This document shows positions 1 to 8,501 of a stretch of DNA of 64,000 nt, one piece after another. Numbering within the stretch: the stretch's first letter is position 1; the number at the start of each line of letters is the position of its first letter. Source of the stretch: a virus; IMG/VR virus record IMGVR_UViG_3300010885_039212, positions 31,734 to 95,733 of that record, one strand, 5' to 3'. The position numbers and the translations under genes are program-made. The notes below the pieces were generated by a model that had not been told where the DNA came from, searched no databases, and worked only from the letters and a program-made list of their open reading frames with translations.

Positions 1-2
1 TT

Positions 3-83
3 TACCGTAAAAAAGAATCAACTGTTTCCAAAGATATCGCAACAGTTTATCCAAAGATTTTCCGTAAAATGGCTGGTTGTTAA
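3..83 (+). CDS. 3' end of an upstream hypothetical protein (partial)
   Basis: Frame 3 reads YRKKESTVSKDIATVYPKIFRKMAGC* up to TAA at 81-83, just before a promoter. Confidence 0.5.
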   Translation, partial: YRKKESTVSKDIATVYPKIFRKMAGC

Positions 84-98
84 AAAACAACGAAGCAC

Positions 99-127
99 TT
101 TACTTTTAATCAATCTTGCAGTATAAT
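99..127 (+). promoter_or_regulatory. sigma70-type early promoter
   Basis: TTTACT(99-104)-17 nt-TATAAT(122-127); preceded by inverted repeat GTTGTT-aaaa-AACAAC (76-91). Confidence 0.8.
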
Positions 128-154
128 TATACTATCGATTTGAAAGGATTAAAA

Positions 155-340
155 ATGCGATTTACTACTATTGGTTTTCTGTACTTTATCACTGGTCTAT
201 TGGCTTTGTTTGGTGTAGTTGGTGGCTTTGAGACCAGCGATAATCTTACAGTGTTGGAAGTAATTCAATTATTTGTAGTTGCACTAGTTGGTATTGCTTC
301 AATGATGGTCGGTGTTTCATATCTAAAGGATGCTGAATAA
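155..340 (+). CDS. small two-TM membrane protein
   Basis: Start moved to ATG155 (SD AAGGA, downstream of promoter); two hydrophobic helices. Confidence 0.75.
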   Translation: MRFTTIGFLYFITGLLALFGVVGGFETSDNLTVLEVIQLFVVALVGIASMMVGVSYLKDAE

Positions 341-612
341 TGCGTACAAAAACAATCATCGATGGCTTTAAAAACAGCCAAAAATTCCGTATCATCTTTA
401 AAGGTGATGGCTCAGAAAATGACGTGGGTTTTTACATGACCATACAGCAAATGACAACTCAGTTTGCCACTGTAAATGCAAGAGCCATTTGCTGGGATGC
501 GCTATTGCAACTGAATTATCTACGCTATACAGCAAAGCGTAAAGGTGACGCAATACCCAGTGGTTTGGGAACAACCATTCGTAATAAGCAAGTACAGTTA
601 GATTTAATTTAA
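340..612 (+). CDS. hypothetical protein
   Basis: TAATG overlap with previous gene, 90 aa. Confidence 0.75.
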   Translation: MRTKTIIDGFKNSQKFRIIFKGDGSENDVGFYMTIQQMTTQFATVNARAICWDALLQLNYLRYTAKRKGDAIPSGLGTTIRNKQVQLDLI

Positions 613-620
613 GGGTTACT

Positions 621-1229
621 ATGCATAAGCACTTTGTTATGGCATGTGGGATTTTGTTGGCTCAAACAAGTTATTCGATGTGGACTGAGGATAGACATGG
701 TAACACCATTATCCCACCCAAGAAAGAAACACTTAATAAAATCGATTTACAAATTATCAAAGTGGTGGATAAAAAGCCAAACAAAGGTATTGCAAAGATA
801 TCCAACACCAGTTTAAAAGATACAGGTAATCGTATCGTTGGTCAAAGTGATGAAGACGTAAAGTGCCTTGCATATTCCATCTATCGTGAAGCAGGAAACC
901 TATTATCCCATGATCAATACGCTGTAGGACAAGTTCATATCAACAGACTTAGAGAAGGATCATGGGGAAATACTCTTTGTAAAGTGGTGTTTGCAAAAGC
1001 ACAATTTAGTTGGACGTTAGAAAAGAAATTGGTAAAATGGTCAACTTCACAAAGAGATAAATTCTATACAATGGCAAAGTTATTAATCAATGGTGTACGA
1101 GTCAAATCATTGGATAATGATCATGTGCTTTGGTACCATGCAAACTACGTCAATCCCAAATGGGCAAACAAGAACAAAATCGTGGCCATGGCTGGTCCAC
1201 ATATATTTTACAGAGATATACCACACTAG
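621..1229 (+). CDS. SleB-family (Hydrolase_2) cell wall hydrolase
   Basis: CLAYSIYREAG, AVGQVHINR, LCKVVFAKAQFSW, WYHANYVNPKW, HIFY motifs; N-terminal signal-like segment. Confidence 0.9.
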   Translation: MHKHFVMACGILLAQTSYSMWTEDRHGNTIIPPKKETLNKIDLQIIKVVDKKPNKGIAKISNTSLKDTGNRIVGQSDEDVKCLAYSIYREAGNLLSHDQYAVGQVHINRLREGSWGNTLCKVVFAKAQFSWTLEKKLVKWSTSQRDKFYTMAKLLINGVRVKSLDNDHVLWYHANYVNPKWANKNKIVAMAGPHIFYRDIPH

Positions 1230-1237
1230 GAGTTAAT

Positions 1238-1540
1238 ATGAGTAAACTAATTGAACTATCAGAAATCGCCAGAAAATCCGTGCCACAAGGTGTATTGGTG
1301 GAAGATTGGATCGAATTATACAATGCAAAATTTGCAGATCTAATCCTACAAGAATGTTATCAAATCTGTGAACAAGGATCTGCAACTCAAACTACATCAG
1401 TAGGTATCATACCTAGACTGAAACAACACTTTCAAAATGATGCAGAATATGAACTAACAACTCATGAGAAACAAGCAGAGTTTGATAAGGATAGAAACTA
1501 TTTTTATGATCGTTTTTTCGCTGGACCAGACAATGACTGA
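1238..1540 (+). CDS. hypothetical protein, KFAxLIxxEC family
   Basis: SD AGGAG before ATG1238; motif AKFADLILQEC...LKQHF. Confidence 0.7.
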   Translation: MSKLIELSEIARKSVPQGVLVEDWIELYNAKFADLILQECYQICEQGSATQTTSVGIIPRLKQHFQNDAEYELTTHEKQAEFDKDRNYFYDRFFAGPDND

Positions 1541-1820
1541 ATTTATTACTCATGACTTTGCAATAGGTGGAAAAATGGTCTTGGGAACGGCAGAAATGTC
1601 AACAGAATTTCATATGATGCTGGAAGATGGAGATCAAACAGCCATTATGCAAGTCAAAGAAAAACTAACAAGAGATATGGTATCATATATGCTAGAGAAC
1701 AAACTGGTTGAATTTACACACTATGATGATCCAGTATCATTAAGTCGGAAGTTAGCAGTTAGAGCATATCTTGCTCCATCAGATCAGGTAAAGATACTAA
1801 GATTATCGAATAAAATATGA
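1533..1820 (+). CDS. hypothetical protein
   Basis: ATG1533 overlaps previous ORF end; part of operon. Confidence 0.7.
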   Translation: MTEFITHDFAIGGKMVLGTAEMSTEFHMMLEDGDQTAIMQVKEKLTRDMVSYMLENKLVEFTHYDDPVSLSRKLAVRAYLAPSDQVKILRLSNKI

Positions 1821-1993
1821 ATAACAAAGATTATGATGTAGTACTAGATACGCTACAGAAACAAAGGGATATTCTATGGAAAATGATGATGAATATTATG
1901 GATGATATTCGTTTAAAACAAATATATGATATTCGTTTAAAACAAATATATGAATTAGATAAAGCAATGGAATTGTGGAAAGAAAGAAAATGA
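1817..1993 (+). CDS. 58-aa hypothetical protein with internal 8-aa duplication
   Basis: ATGA overlaps at both ends; MNNKDYDVV...DIRLKQIYDIRLKQIYE...; not in ORF track. Confidence 0.65.
   Translation: MNNKDYDVVLDTLQKQRDILWKMMMNIMDDIRLKQIYDIRLKQIYELDKAMELWKERK
1902..1953. repeat. perfect 24-bp tandem duplication
   Basis: ATGATATTCGTTTAAAACAAATAT twice plus ATGA. Confidence 0.95.
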
Positions 1994-2172
1994 ACGAACG
2001 AATTAAAGAACTAATGAAACAAGCAGATTATCCTGCGCCTGAGATTGCTTTACGTGCTCAAAAACTCGTTGAGTTGATTGTGAGGGAATGTGCTGATATT
2101 GCTACAATGAATCAATTTCAATATGATGCTGTTGGTAATTATGTACTAAAACATTTCGGAGTTGAAGAATGA
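1990..2172 (+). CDS. hypothetical protein, MNERIKEL...ELIVREC...KHFGVE family
   Basis: Recognisable phage small-protein motif; ATGA overlap. Confidence 0.8.
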   Translation: MNERIKELMKQADYPAPEIALRAQKLVELIVRECADIATMNQFQYDAVGNYVLKHFGVEE

Positions 2173-2235
2173 GCCAAGAATATGGTAGTGATCGCTCTAT
2201 GGTTAAAAACAAAGATTGAGTGTGTCTAGCCACGT

Positions 2236-2574
2236 ATGGGTTCATATCGCCAAAAAACTTGTCCAACATGTGGTGTTACGCATAACAAACGTGGTCCATA
2301 TTGCTCTAGATCATGTGGAAATTCACGCACATTCACTCATAAAGCACGAAAAAATCTGTCTGAAAAGATAACCACACGTTGGTCTACTACTGGAACCAAT
2401 GAAGACAGAGAAAGAGTTGCCCTTGTTGGTAAATTACAGCTGAAAAAAATGCATAACAAGGATGATGAGGACTTGCAGCAGATGACTTTGGACGATTTTA
2501 TGGTGGAACCAGTAGTGGTAAAGTTGCCAAACAACCAATTTGTGCAAGATGGCGACCTTTGGACCGAAGATTGA
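2236..2574 (+). CDS. zinc-finger protein
   Basis: CPTC...YCSRSC Cys pattern followed by basic segment. Confidence 0.7.
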   Translation: MGSYRQKTCPTCGVTHNKRGPYCSRSCGNSRTFTHKARKNLSEKITTRWSTTGTNEDRERVALVGKLQLKKMHNKDDEDLQQMTLDDFMVEPVVVKLPNNQFVQDGDLWTED

Positions 2575-2582
2575 AAATAAAT

Positions 2583-2611
2583 TTGACATAATTTCGGGTC
2601 TGTGGTAAAAT
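2583..2611 (+). promoter_or_regulatory. sigma70-type promoter
   Basis: TTGACA-17 nt-TAAAAT with extended TG. Confidence 0.8.
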
Positions 2612-2707
2612 AACAGTGTCGGGTTTGATGAAAGAGATAGAAAACCAAAGGTTTACATTCTGGATCGTGATTTTGAGACGTTTTCATCCCTAGAAGAGAG
2701 AGAAAAG

Positions 2708-2769
2708 ACCCTACCATCTGTAAGGTCATGAAGAAAGTGCTTTACAATAAATCAGTCTTCAGGCATAAT
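2708..2769 (+). promoter_or_regulatory. early promoter with upstream palindrome
   Basis: ACCCTAC-N5-GTAAGGT (2708-2726), then TTTACA(2741)-17 nt-CATAAT(2764). Confidence 0.7.
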
Positions 2770-2799
2770 TCTATTATGGAATTAAGAAAAGGACTGAAA

Positions 2800-3735
2800 A
2801 TGCTGAATACTCTCAAAATCTCTGTTAAGACTGACAAATCTGGTAAATCTGTGATCTTTTTGGGTGACAAAAAGGTTACTACTGCTAAAACTGGTCGTGG
2901 TCTTGAAGAAGTCATTGAGTTTCATTATCGCAAAATCACTGGTGTAAAAGCACCTTACAACATGATCATGGGTGAAACCAAATTGCAAGAACCAAAAAGT
3001 GAAAAATTCGACATCAACACTCGATTTGGCTTTGTTGAGAAATTGGTAAACATGGTTGCTACTGGTGTTCAGCCATCAGCTGTGATCACTGGTGAAGGTG
3101 GTCTTGGTAAGACTTACACTGTGACCAAGACTCTTGAGTCAGCTGGTTACAAAGACATTAGCGACCTTGCTGAATTCCAAGTTGGTACTGTGTTGAATGC
3201 TCGCAAGTGCTTTACCATGGTCAAAGGTTACAGTACTCCCAAAGGTTTATATCGCACCTTGTTTGAAAACAACAAATCAATTATTGTGTTTGATGACTGT
3301 GACTCAGTGTTGAAAGACCCAGTTGCGTTGAACCTTCTCAAAAGTGCTCTTGACTCATACGGTAAGCGTATCATCTCTTGGAATGCAGACATGAAGGATG
3401 AGGATCTACCCAGATCTTTTAACTTTGAAGGTCGTGTGATCTTTATCTCTAACATGGAAGAAGGTCGTATCGACCAAGCCATTCGTTCACGTTCAATGAT
3501 GATTGACTTGAGCATGACTACCGACCAGAAAATTGACCGCATGGAGCACATCGCGATGTGCAAAGACTTTTTGCCTGAGTATGATGCCCAGTGCAAGAAA
3601 GATGCTCTAGCACTGATTCGTGAGATCGCCAGCGAGTGCAAAGAAATCACGTTGCGTACTCTGATCTCTGTAACAAAGGTTCGTGCCAGCAACAAAGACT
3701 GGAAAGATTTGGCTACTTATATGTTGACTGCTTAA
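2800..3735 (+). CDS. AAA+ / P-loop ATPase
   Basis: Walker A GEGGLGKT, Walker B IIVFDDCD, sensor IFISN, arginine finger AIRSRS; start moved to ATG2800 (SD AAGGA). Confidence 0.9.
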   Translation: MLNTLKISVKTDKSGKSVIFLGDKKVTTAKTGRGLEEVIEFHYRKITGVKAPYNMIMGETKLQEPKSEKFDINTRFGFVEKLVNMVATGVQPSAVITGEGGLGKTYTVTKTLESAGYKDISDLAEFQVGTVLNARKCFTMVKGYSTPKGLYRTLFENNKSIIVFDDCDSVLKDPVALNLLKSALDSYGKRIISWNADMKDEDLPRSFNFEGRVIFISNMEEGRIDQAIRSRSMMIDLSMTTDQKIDRMEHIAMCKDFLPEYDAQCKKDALALIREIASECKEITLRTLISVTKVRASNKDWKDLATYMLTA

Positions 3736-3745
3736 GGAGAGCATT

Positions 3746-3955
3746 ATGAAGATGATGATTATAGTAAATGGTATTAGCTTCTATACTACTAGTACTGCTA
3801 TTAAACGAGGTGTAGGCAACAATAGTAACATCAATGTAGCAATACAGCAAGTGTTCGCAGACCTACACAATGCAATTGGTATTAGCACTAGCATTCGACT
3901 GTACGACCATAAGATGCAACAACACAAATACGATATACAATTAAGGAGAATGTAA
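3746..3955 (+). CDS. hypothetical protein
   Basis: SD AAGGAG, 69 aa. Confidence 0.7.
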   Translation: MKMMIIVNGISFYTTSTAIKRGVGNNSNINVAIQQVFADLHNAIGISTSIRLYDHKMQQHKYDIQLRRM

Positions 3956-4128
3956 TGAAGACGATTCGTGTGTATAAAATTGTTCACCATTGGATAGATG
4001 TTGAAATTGAAGACTTTCTACCAGATGAACATGCAATGGATCTGGCAATGGACCAAGATGAGTGCAATTGGGATTCTGAGATTCAAGATGAAGGTTGTTT
4101 AACATTGGATGGAGATGAAGATGAGTAA
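3955..4128 (+). CDS. 57-aa highly acidic protein
   Basis: SD AAGGAG, TAATG overlap; 19 D/E versus 3 K/R; not in ORF track. Confidence 0.7.
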   Translation: MKTIRVYKIVHHWIDVEIEDFLPDEHAMDLAMDQDECNWDSEIQDEGCLTLDGDEDE

Positions 4129-4312
4129 AATGGCTGACTTACACTTAGAGATTACTGACTATCTGGACAACACCAAATTTATGATAGACGAGATTGCAAA
4201 TGCAATTGGTTGTCCCATAGAGTTGGTAGAAGCGTTGGTGGAGCAACGCTGGACTGATATGGTTGAAGATGCGGTAGAGCCACTGTCGCCTTTTGCAACT
4301 TGTAACTCATAA
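4121..4312 (+). CDS. small acidic protein with possible HTH
   Basis: SD GGAG; IDEIANAIGCPIELVEALV is HTH-like. Confidence 0.65.
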   Translation: MSKMADLHLEITDYLDNTKFMIDEIANAIGCPIELVEALVEQRWTDMVEDAVEPLSPFATCNS

Positions 4313-4347
4313 TTATACTTGACTTGCAATATAAAGTAAAGTAGAAT
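4312..4347. promoter_or_regulatory. overlapping divergent sigma70 promoters
   Basis: Plus strand TTGACT(4319)-17-TAGAAT(4342); minus strand TTTACT(4340-4335)-17-TATAAT(4317-4312). Confidence 0.7.
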
Positions 4348-4512
4348 TGGCTTATGAAAGCCATTTCGGCACTAGGGACTCCTACGCCATGCCCTAGACT
4401 ATGACTTTAAAGCATCATCATTCTTTAAAAGGATTCGGAAAATCGCCAAGAGTTTCATTTTCACACTGGCCAAAAAATTCCGCCAAAAATTTTTTATCAC
4501 TAAAGGTTCGAT

Positions 4513-4728
4513 ATGATTGATTTGAATAAGTACACTTCTCCTGATGTCGAGGAATCATTCTATAAGAATATTCCCATAGAGCATCTACAGACAGTTCAAA
4601 AACACTTTGCCTCACGTGCTTCAGGACTACGCTATGTATTTCGTGGACCACGTTATGATGGTACTCGAGGATTTACCAAGAAATGCGATGCAACTGGCTT
4701 TTCCATCTATAAGAAATGTTGGTATTAA
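4513..4728 (+). CDS. hypothetical protein
   Basis: SD AAAGG; LRYVFRGPR motif. Confidence 0.7.
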   Translation: MIDLNKYTSPDVEESFYKNIPIEHLQTVQKHFASRASGLRYVFRGPRYDGTRGFTKKCDATGFSIYKKCWY

Positions 4729-4729
4729 T

Positions 4730-4858
4730 ATGGCAAATGTAAAGCAAGGTAATCTTACAAGTCCTCCCCAATGGTGGAAACACCTCAAGGATTGGAAACG
4801 TGTGTTTTGGAAATCAGAACGTCAAGAACAAAAGAAAGTGATCAAAAATGAACATTAA
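4730..4858 (+). CDS. 42-aa Trp-rich basic protein
   Basis: MANVKQGNLTSPPQWWKHLKDWKRVFWKSER; fills the operon gap. Confidence 0.7.
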   Translation: MANVKQGNLTSPPQWWKHLKDWKRVFWKSERQEQKKVIKNEH

Positions 4859-5060
4859 TTCAATTATGGTACAAAACGAATTTGGTATTTGGGTACATGA
4901 TATCTTTGCCGAGTGGTTATCAGTCCATACCCTTGGAGAGATTATTGATTTGAACCCGATTCATAACGCTGTATCAGTTGATATCTTTGCAGTTGCATTA
5001 ATGGGTATTGCTAATAATGATTGGGGCGGTGCAGGTGGTATATTGGCATTTGGGTATTAA
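4848..5060 (+). CDS. hypothetical protein
   Basis: Operon position, 70 aa. Confidence 0.55.
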   Translation: MNINSIMVQNEFGIWVHDIFAEWLSVHTLGEIIDLNPIHNAVSVDIFAVALMGIANNDWGGAGGILAFGY

Positions 5061-5061
5061 A

Positions 5062-5265
5062 ATGAATGACCGAATTATACAACTTTACGATCAAGCTATT
5101 GTGATAGAACAAGGTAAAGATTATGTCTGTGGTGAATTGGATCCAGAAAAGTTTGCCCAATTGATTATACAAGATTGTACGAATATAATTGCAAATCAAG
5201 GTAAATTCTTGGGTTATGTTGCTCTTGAAGAAAAAGTTAAAAAACATTTTGGTATTGAAAAATGA
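5062..5265 (+). CDS. hypothetical protein, MNDRI...EKFAQLIIQDC...KHFGIE family
   Basis: Paralogue of 1990-2172. Confidence 0.8.
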   Translation: MNDRIIQLYDQAIVIEQGKDYVCGELDPEKFAQLIIQDCTNIIANQGKFLGYVALEEKVKKHFGIEK

Positions 5266-5417
5266 ACTGGATCCTTTATATAATTTTAGGCACCACCATG
5301 CCCACTCTACATCAGGTAAATCGCTATGCCAACGAAACTGGTTGTCGTGCAGCAATTACTGAATTGACCAGTCAAGGAGTAAGAGCGGTATGCTTATTTA
5401 AACAAGATTCAAAATGA
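5262..5417 (+). CDS. 51-aa protein with hydrophobic N-terminus and two Cys
   Basis: ATGA overlap; MNWILYIILG...C...C; not in ORF track. Confidence 0.6.
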   Translation: MNWILYIILGTTMPTLHQVNRYANETGCRAAITELTSQGVRAVCLFKQDSK

Positions 5418-5463
5418 ATGTCAGCATCGATTCCCCTAAATAGTAACCAAATCTGGAAGTTAT

Positions 5464-5589
5464 ATGCGTGATACAATTATTAATGCAGTTCGAGAGATGA
5501 TGGAAAGACACTGGGATGTTTATGAAATTGCCAGTAAACTAAAGATTGATATTGCAGTGGTGCAAGCAATTGTAGATATGTTATCATAG
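5464..5589 (+). CDS. 41-aa HTH-like protein
   Basis: VYEIASKLKIDIAVVQAIV; not in ORF track. Confidence 0.55.
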   Translation: MRDTIINAVREMMERHWDVYEIASKLKIDIAVVQAIVDMLS

Positions 5590-5596
5590 GAGTGAT

Positions 5597-5926
5597 ATGT
5601 TAAATGACAAATTAGGTGTAAGTGATACAATCTCAATACAGATTGTAAAAGGAACACCAAAACAAGAAGGAGAACGAATGAGTTATTCTCGCTGGGGTGT
5701 TTCCACATGGTACGCATTCTACAATGTAAATGGATGCCTTTCTCTTTGGAGTGATATGGATCATATCATCGACTGGGAATTTGAAGATCTAAAATATATT
5801 ACGATTCAGAAATTACTGGAAGTTTATGGTTGCACTGAGGAAGACGCCAAAGAAGCAATGACTTACATTGCGCAATATTTGCAAGATTATAAAGAGGATA
5901 ATAAAGATGGACAAGAATCTGTTTAA
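5597..5926 (+). CDS. hypothetical protein
   Basis: SD AGGAG; alternative start at 5678. Confidence 0.65.
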   Translation: MLNDKLGVSDTISIQIVKGTPKQEGERMSYSRWGVSTWYAFYNVNGCLSLWSDMDHIIDWEFEDLKYITIQKLLEVYGCTEEDAKEAMTYIAQYLQDYKEDNKDGQESV

Positions 5927-6101
5927 TTATAGTATTCGTATTACTCCACAAGGTACGTATGTTTGGAATCAAAACCCAAAGAAAGAAAAAGTTTCAGATT
6001 GGGTCGAAGACACGATTGACGCATATTTGCAATCTACCAATGACTATGCTGTTGCAAATGCGCTACTACAAAAATATCGCTTGACAAATAATAAGAATTA
6101 A
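5907..6101 (+). CDS. hypothetical protein
   Basis: SD GAGGA before MDKNLF. Confidence 0.6.
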   Translation: MDKNLFNYSIRITPQGTYVWNQNPKKEKVSDWVEDTIDAYLQSTNDYAVANALLQKYRLTNNKN

Positions 6102-6109
6102 GGTATAAT
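6081..6109 (+). promoter_or_regulatory. consensus sigma70 promoter
   Basis: TTGACA-17 nt-TATAAT. Confidence 0.9.
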
Positions 6110-6115
6110 TATACT

Positions 6116-6331
6116 ATGATACCTGATAATGAACTTGTTGAATTAGCCAATAAAGTAGATAGACTTATGTCTAACTTAATGGTAGAATATAAAATCTCGC
6201 CTTTAATCCTTGGAAGTGTTATTCTTGCAAGACTTATGGTGCTCACTGAGATGACAAAAGAAAATAAAGACTTTCGCACAATAATGCAGTCTGCCCTTGA
6301 TAAACCCTTTACTGATAGAACACTACAATGA
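6116..6331 (+). CDS. hypothetical protein, likely leaderless
   Basis: ATG begins 7 nt after the -10 box, no SD. Confidence 0.7.
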   Translation: MIPDNELVELANKVDRLMSNLMVEYKISPLILGSVILARLMVLTEMTKENKDFRTIMQSALDKPFTDRTLQ

Positions 6332-7194
6332 AAATCGCTATTTGCTCCGATGTCCATTTGGAATTTGGGCAACTCAGATTAAGAAATACTGAAAATGCTG
6401 AAGTCCTTATTCTATCTGGTGATATTTGCACTGCTTGTGATTTATTATCCAACGACGATCGGTCTTTTATTGGGACTGCTAAGTCTAATCGTTATCATGA
6501 GTTTTTCAGCAACTGTAGTAGTGAGTTTCATCATGTTGTTTATGTTGCTGGGAATCATGAACATTATCATGGAGATTATGCTGAAACTTTGAAAATCCTC
6601 AAAGAACAATTAGCATACCTTGGTAATGTTCATATTCTAGACAATGAATCTTGGGATTTTGAAGACTATTGTTTTATCGGTGGAACACTTTGGACTAATA
6701 TGAATGATGAAGATGAAATGACCATGCAACATGTTCAACATCGTATGAATGATTTTCGTATTTGTGAAAACAGTAACAACATGGTTAACTATCGATCAAT
6801 TGATAAACATGGCGAAACTATATTTCGCAAGCGTCCAGGAACACTGAGTCCTGCTGATGTTGTTGAAGAACACAAAGCCATGATGAAGTTCATTGAGGAT
6901 ACTTACACAAATACTCCTCCATGGATAACAACGATTGTTGTTGGTCACCATGCTCCAAGTAAACTGTCTGAGCATCCTCGCTACAAACAAGATGTTTTAA
7001 TGAATGGTGCGTACAACTCTAATCTGGATCAGTTTATTCTTGATCGTCCAGGAATTAAATTGTGGACTCATGGTCATACTCATGAAGACTTTGATTATAT
7101 GATTGGTTCCACTCGTGTAATTTGTAATCCTCGTGGTTATATCGATTATGAAGATCGTGCTGATCGATTTGAACTAAAGGTAGTTGAAGTATGA
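6328..7194 (+). CDS. calcineurin-like metallophosphoesterase
   Basis: SDVHLE, LSGD, GNHE, HHAP, HGHTH motifs. Confidence 0.93.
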   Translation: MKIAICSDVHLEFGQLRLRNTENAEVLILSGDICTACDLLSNDDRSFIGTAKSNRYHEFFSNCSSEFHHVVYVAGNHEHYHGDYAETLKILKEQLAYLGNVHILDNESWDFEDYCFIGGTLWTNMNDEDEMTMQHVQHRMNDFRICENSNNMVNYRSIDKHGETIFRKRPGTLSPADVVEEHKAMMKFIEDTYTNTPPWITTIVVGHHAPSKLSEHPRYKQDVLMNGAYNSNLDQFILDRPGIKLWTHGHTHEDFDYMIGSTRVICNPRGYIDYEDRADRFELKVVEV

Positions 7195-7526
7195 GTGACT
7201 ATCATCCTGATAAATGGTTAGTTGTTAAAATTACTGGAAAAGATTATCCACCTGTCCATAAAGTTTTTGCCAACTGGTATGGTGGATATCTTGGATCAGA
7301 CTCATGGAAACTAAACAGTGGTATTACTAAGGCTACTCTTATTGGTGGCCATTACGAGTTTGATGGTAGTTCTGGTTCTGTTTACTTTTGTAATGTTAAC
7401 AGTTATGGAAGTAATGGATATGGATCAGGAGTTCTCGCTGATATGATTGAGAAGGCTGCTAAAAATGGTATTACCATTGAAGTGTTAGATGAAACTACAA
7501 ATTTTCTGGAGATAAATTATGAATAG
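7191..7526 (+). CDS. conserved phage hypothetical protein
   Basis: WYGGYLGSDSWKLNSGI...GSSGSVYFC motif. Confidence 0.8.
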   Translation: MSDYHPDKWLVVKITGKDYPPVHKVFANWYGGYLGSDSWKLNSGITKATLIGGHYEFDGSSGSVYFCNVNSYGSNGYGSGVLADMIEKAAKNGITIEVLDETTNFLEINYE

Positions 7527-7695
7527 GTATACAATTACTGTTGAAGAAGATCCAGAAACTGGAGATCTAGTTCTTCCATTTACTGACGAAATTCTTTCTG
7601 CAGTTGGATGGAAAGCTGGAGACACACTTAACTGGACAGTGAATAAAGATGGTTCTTGGACTTTAGAGAAGAAGCAAGATGAACCAACAGAATGA
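7519..7695 (+). CDS. AbrB/MazE-like small DNA-binding protein
   Basis: TVEEDPETGDLVLPFTDEILSAVGWKAGDTLNW pattern; not in ORF track. Confidence 0.7.
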   Translation: MNRYTITVEEDPETGDLVLPFTDEILSAVGWKAGDTLNWTVNKDGSWTLEKKQDEPTE

Positions 7696-7810
7696 GCAAG
7701 ACAATGCACTTGAACATTATATAAAAAAGTGTATGCAGTTAGAAGAAGAAAATCGTGAGTTGAAGAATCAAATTAAACAATTACTTTGGATATTAGAGGA
7801 GAAAGATTAA
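7679..7810 (+). CDS. 43-aa coiled-coil protein
   Basis: LEEENRELKNQIKQL; TAATG overlap with next gene. Confidence 0.55.
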   Translation: MNQQNEQDNALEHYIKKCMQLEEENRELKNQIKQLLWILEEKD

Positions 7811-8130
7811 TGAGCAAATTTACATTTATGTGCGAAGAAGAACCGATGCCATTTGCAGCAAATGTTCTTACTAAAAGAGTTTTTGAATTCAATGCGGTAT
7901 CACTAAATGATATTCTGCAAGAATTTGAATATTTCTTAAGAGGTGCAGGATTCTGCATTAATGGAACAGTTGATATTGTTCCAGAAGAAACTTATGAAGA
8001 AATGAATGAAGACAATGATGAGGTTCAAACATTTTCAGTTCCACAAGAACTAGATGAATGGACTCGTGTTATTCGTGAAGACAACATGGGACATTCACAT
8101 CACTACTTTGATACAGAAAGAAACAAATGA
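7810..8130 (+). CDS. conserved phage hypothetical protein
   Basis: LNDILQEFEYFLRGAGF, C-terminal HSHHYFDTERNK. Confidence 0.75.
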   Translation: MSKFTFMCEEEPMPFAANVLTKRVFEFNAVSLNDILQEFEYFLRGAGFCINGTVDIVPEETYEEMNEDNDEVQTFSVPQELDEWTRVIREDNMGHSHHYFDTERNK

Positions 8131-8501
8131 CAAAAGTATTTACAGACGTAGCAGTCTTTATGACAGCATGTGGGCAAGAATGTCCAACTACACCATCAAA
8201 ACCATCAGATCTTTCAGCTTTGTATGTAAAGTTAATTCAAGAAGAATATTTTGAATTTATGAAAGCCACTAAAAATAATAATGACACTGAAGAACTCGAT
8301 GCGTGTTTTGATATAATGTGGGTCATTGTTGGTTATATGCGATCACGTGGTTGGGATTGTGAAATGGCATGGGACGAAGGTGCTAAATCAAACCTAAGTA
8401 AAATTGATCCTACCACTGGAAATGTAATTACACGTGAAGATGGAAAGATTCTTAAACCAGAGGGTTGGCAACCACCCAATTTTAGGCAATTTGTAAAATG
8501 A
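8127..8501 (+). CDS. MazG-like / YP_001813558-type NTP pyrophosphohydrolase
   Basis: LIQEEYFE, ELDACFD, SNLSK, REDGKILKPEGW motifs. Confidence 0.85.
   Translation: MTKVFTDVAVFMTACGQECPTTPSKPSDLSALYVKLIQEEYFEFMKATKNNNDTEELDACFDIMWVIVGYMRSRGWDCEMAWDEGAKSNLSKIDPTTGNVITREDGKILKPEGWQPPNFRQFVK

Noticed and set aside
2728-2799. ORF-track N-terminal extension of the ATPase (likewise starts at 116, 1130, 1464, 14297, 17935, 55503)
   Set aside because: The extensions overlap promoters, SD sites or upstream genes; downstream starts fit better
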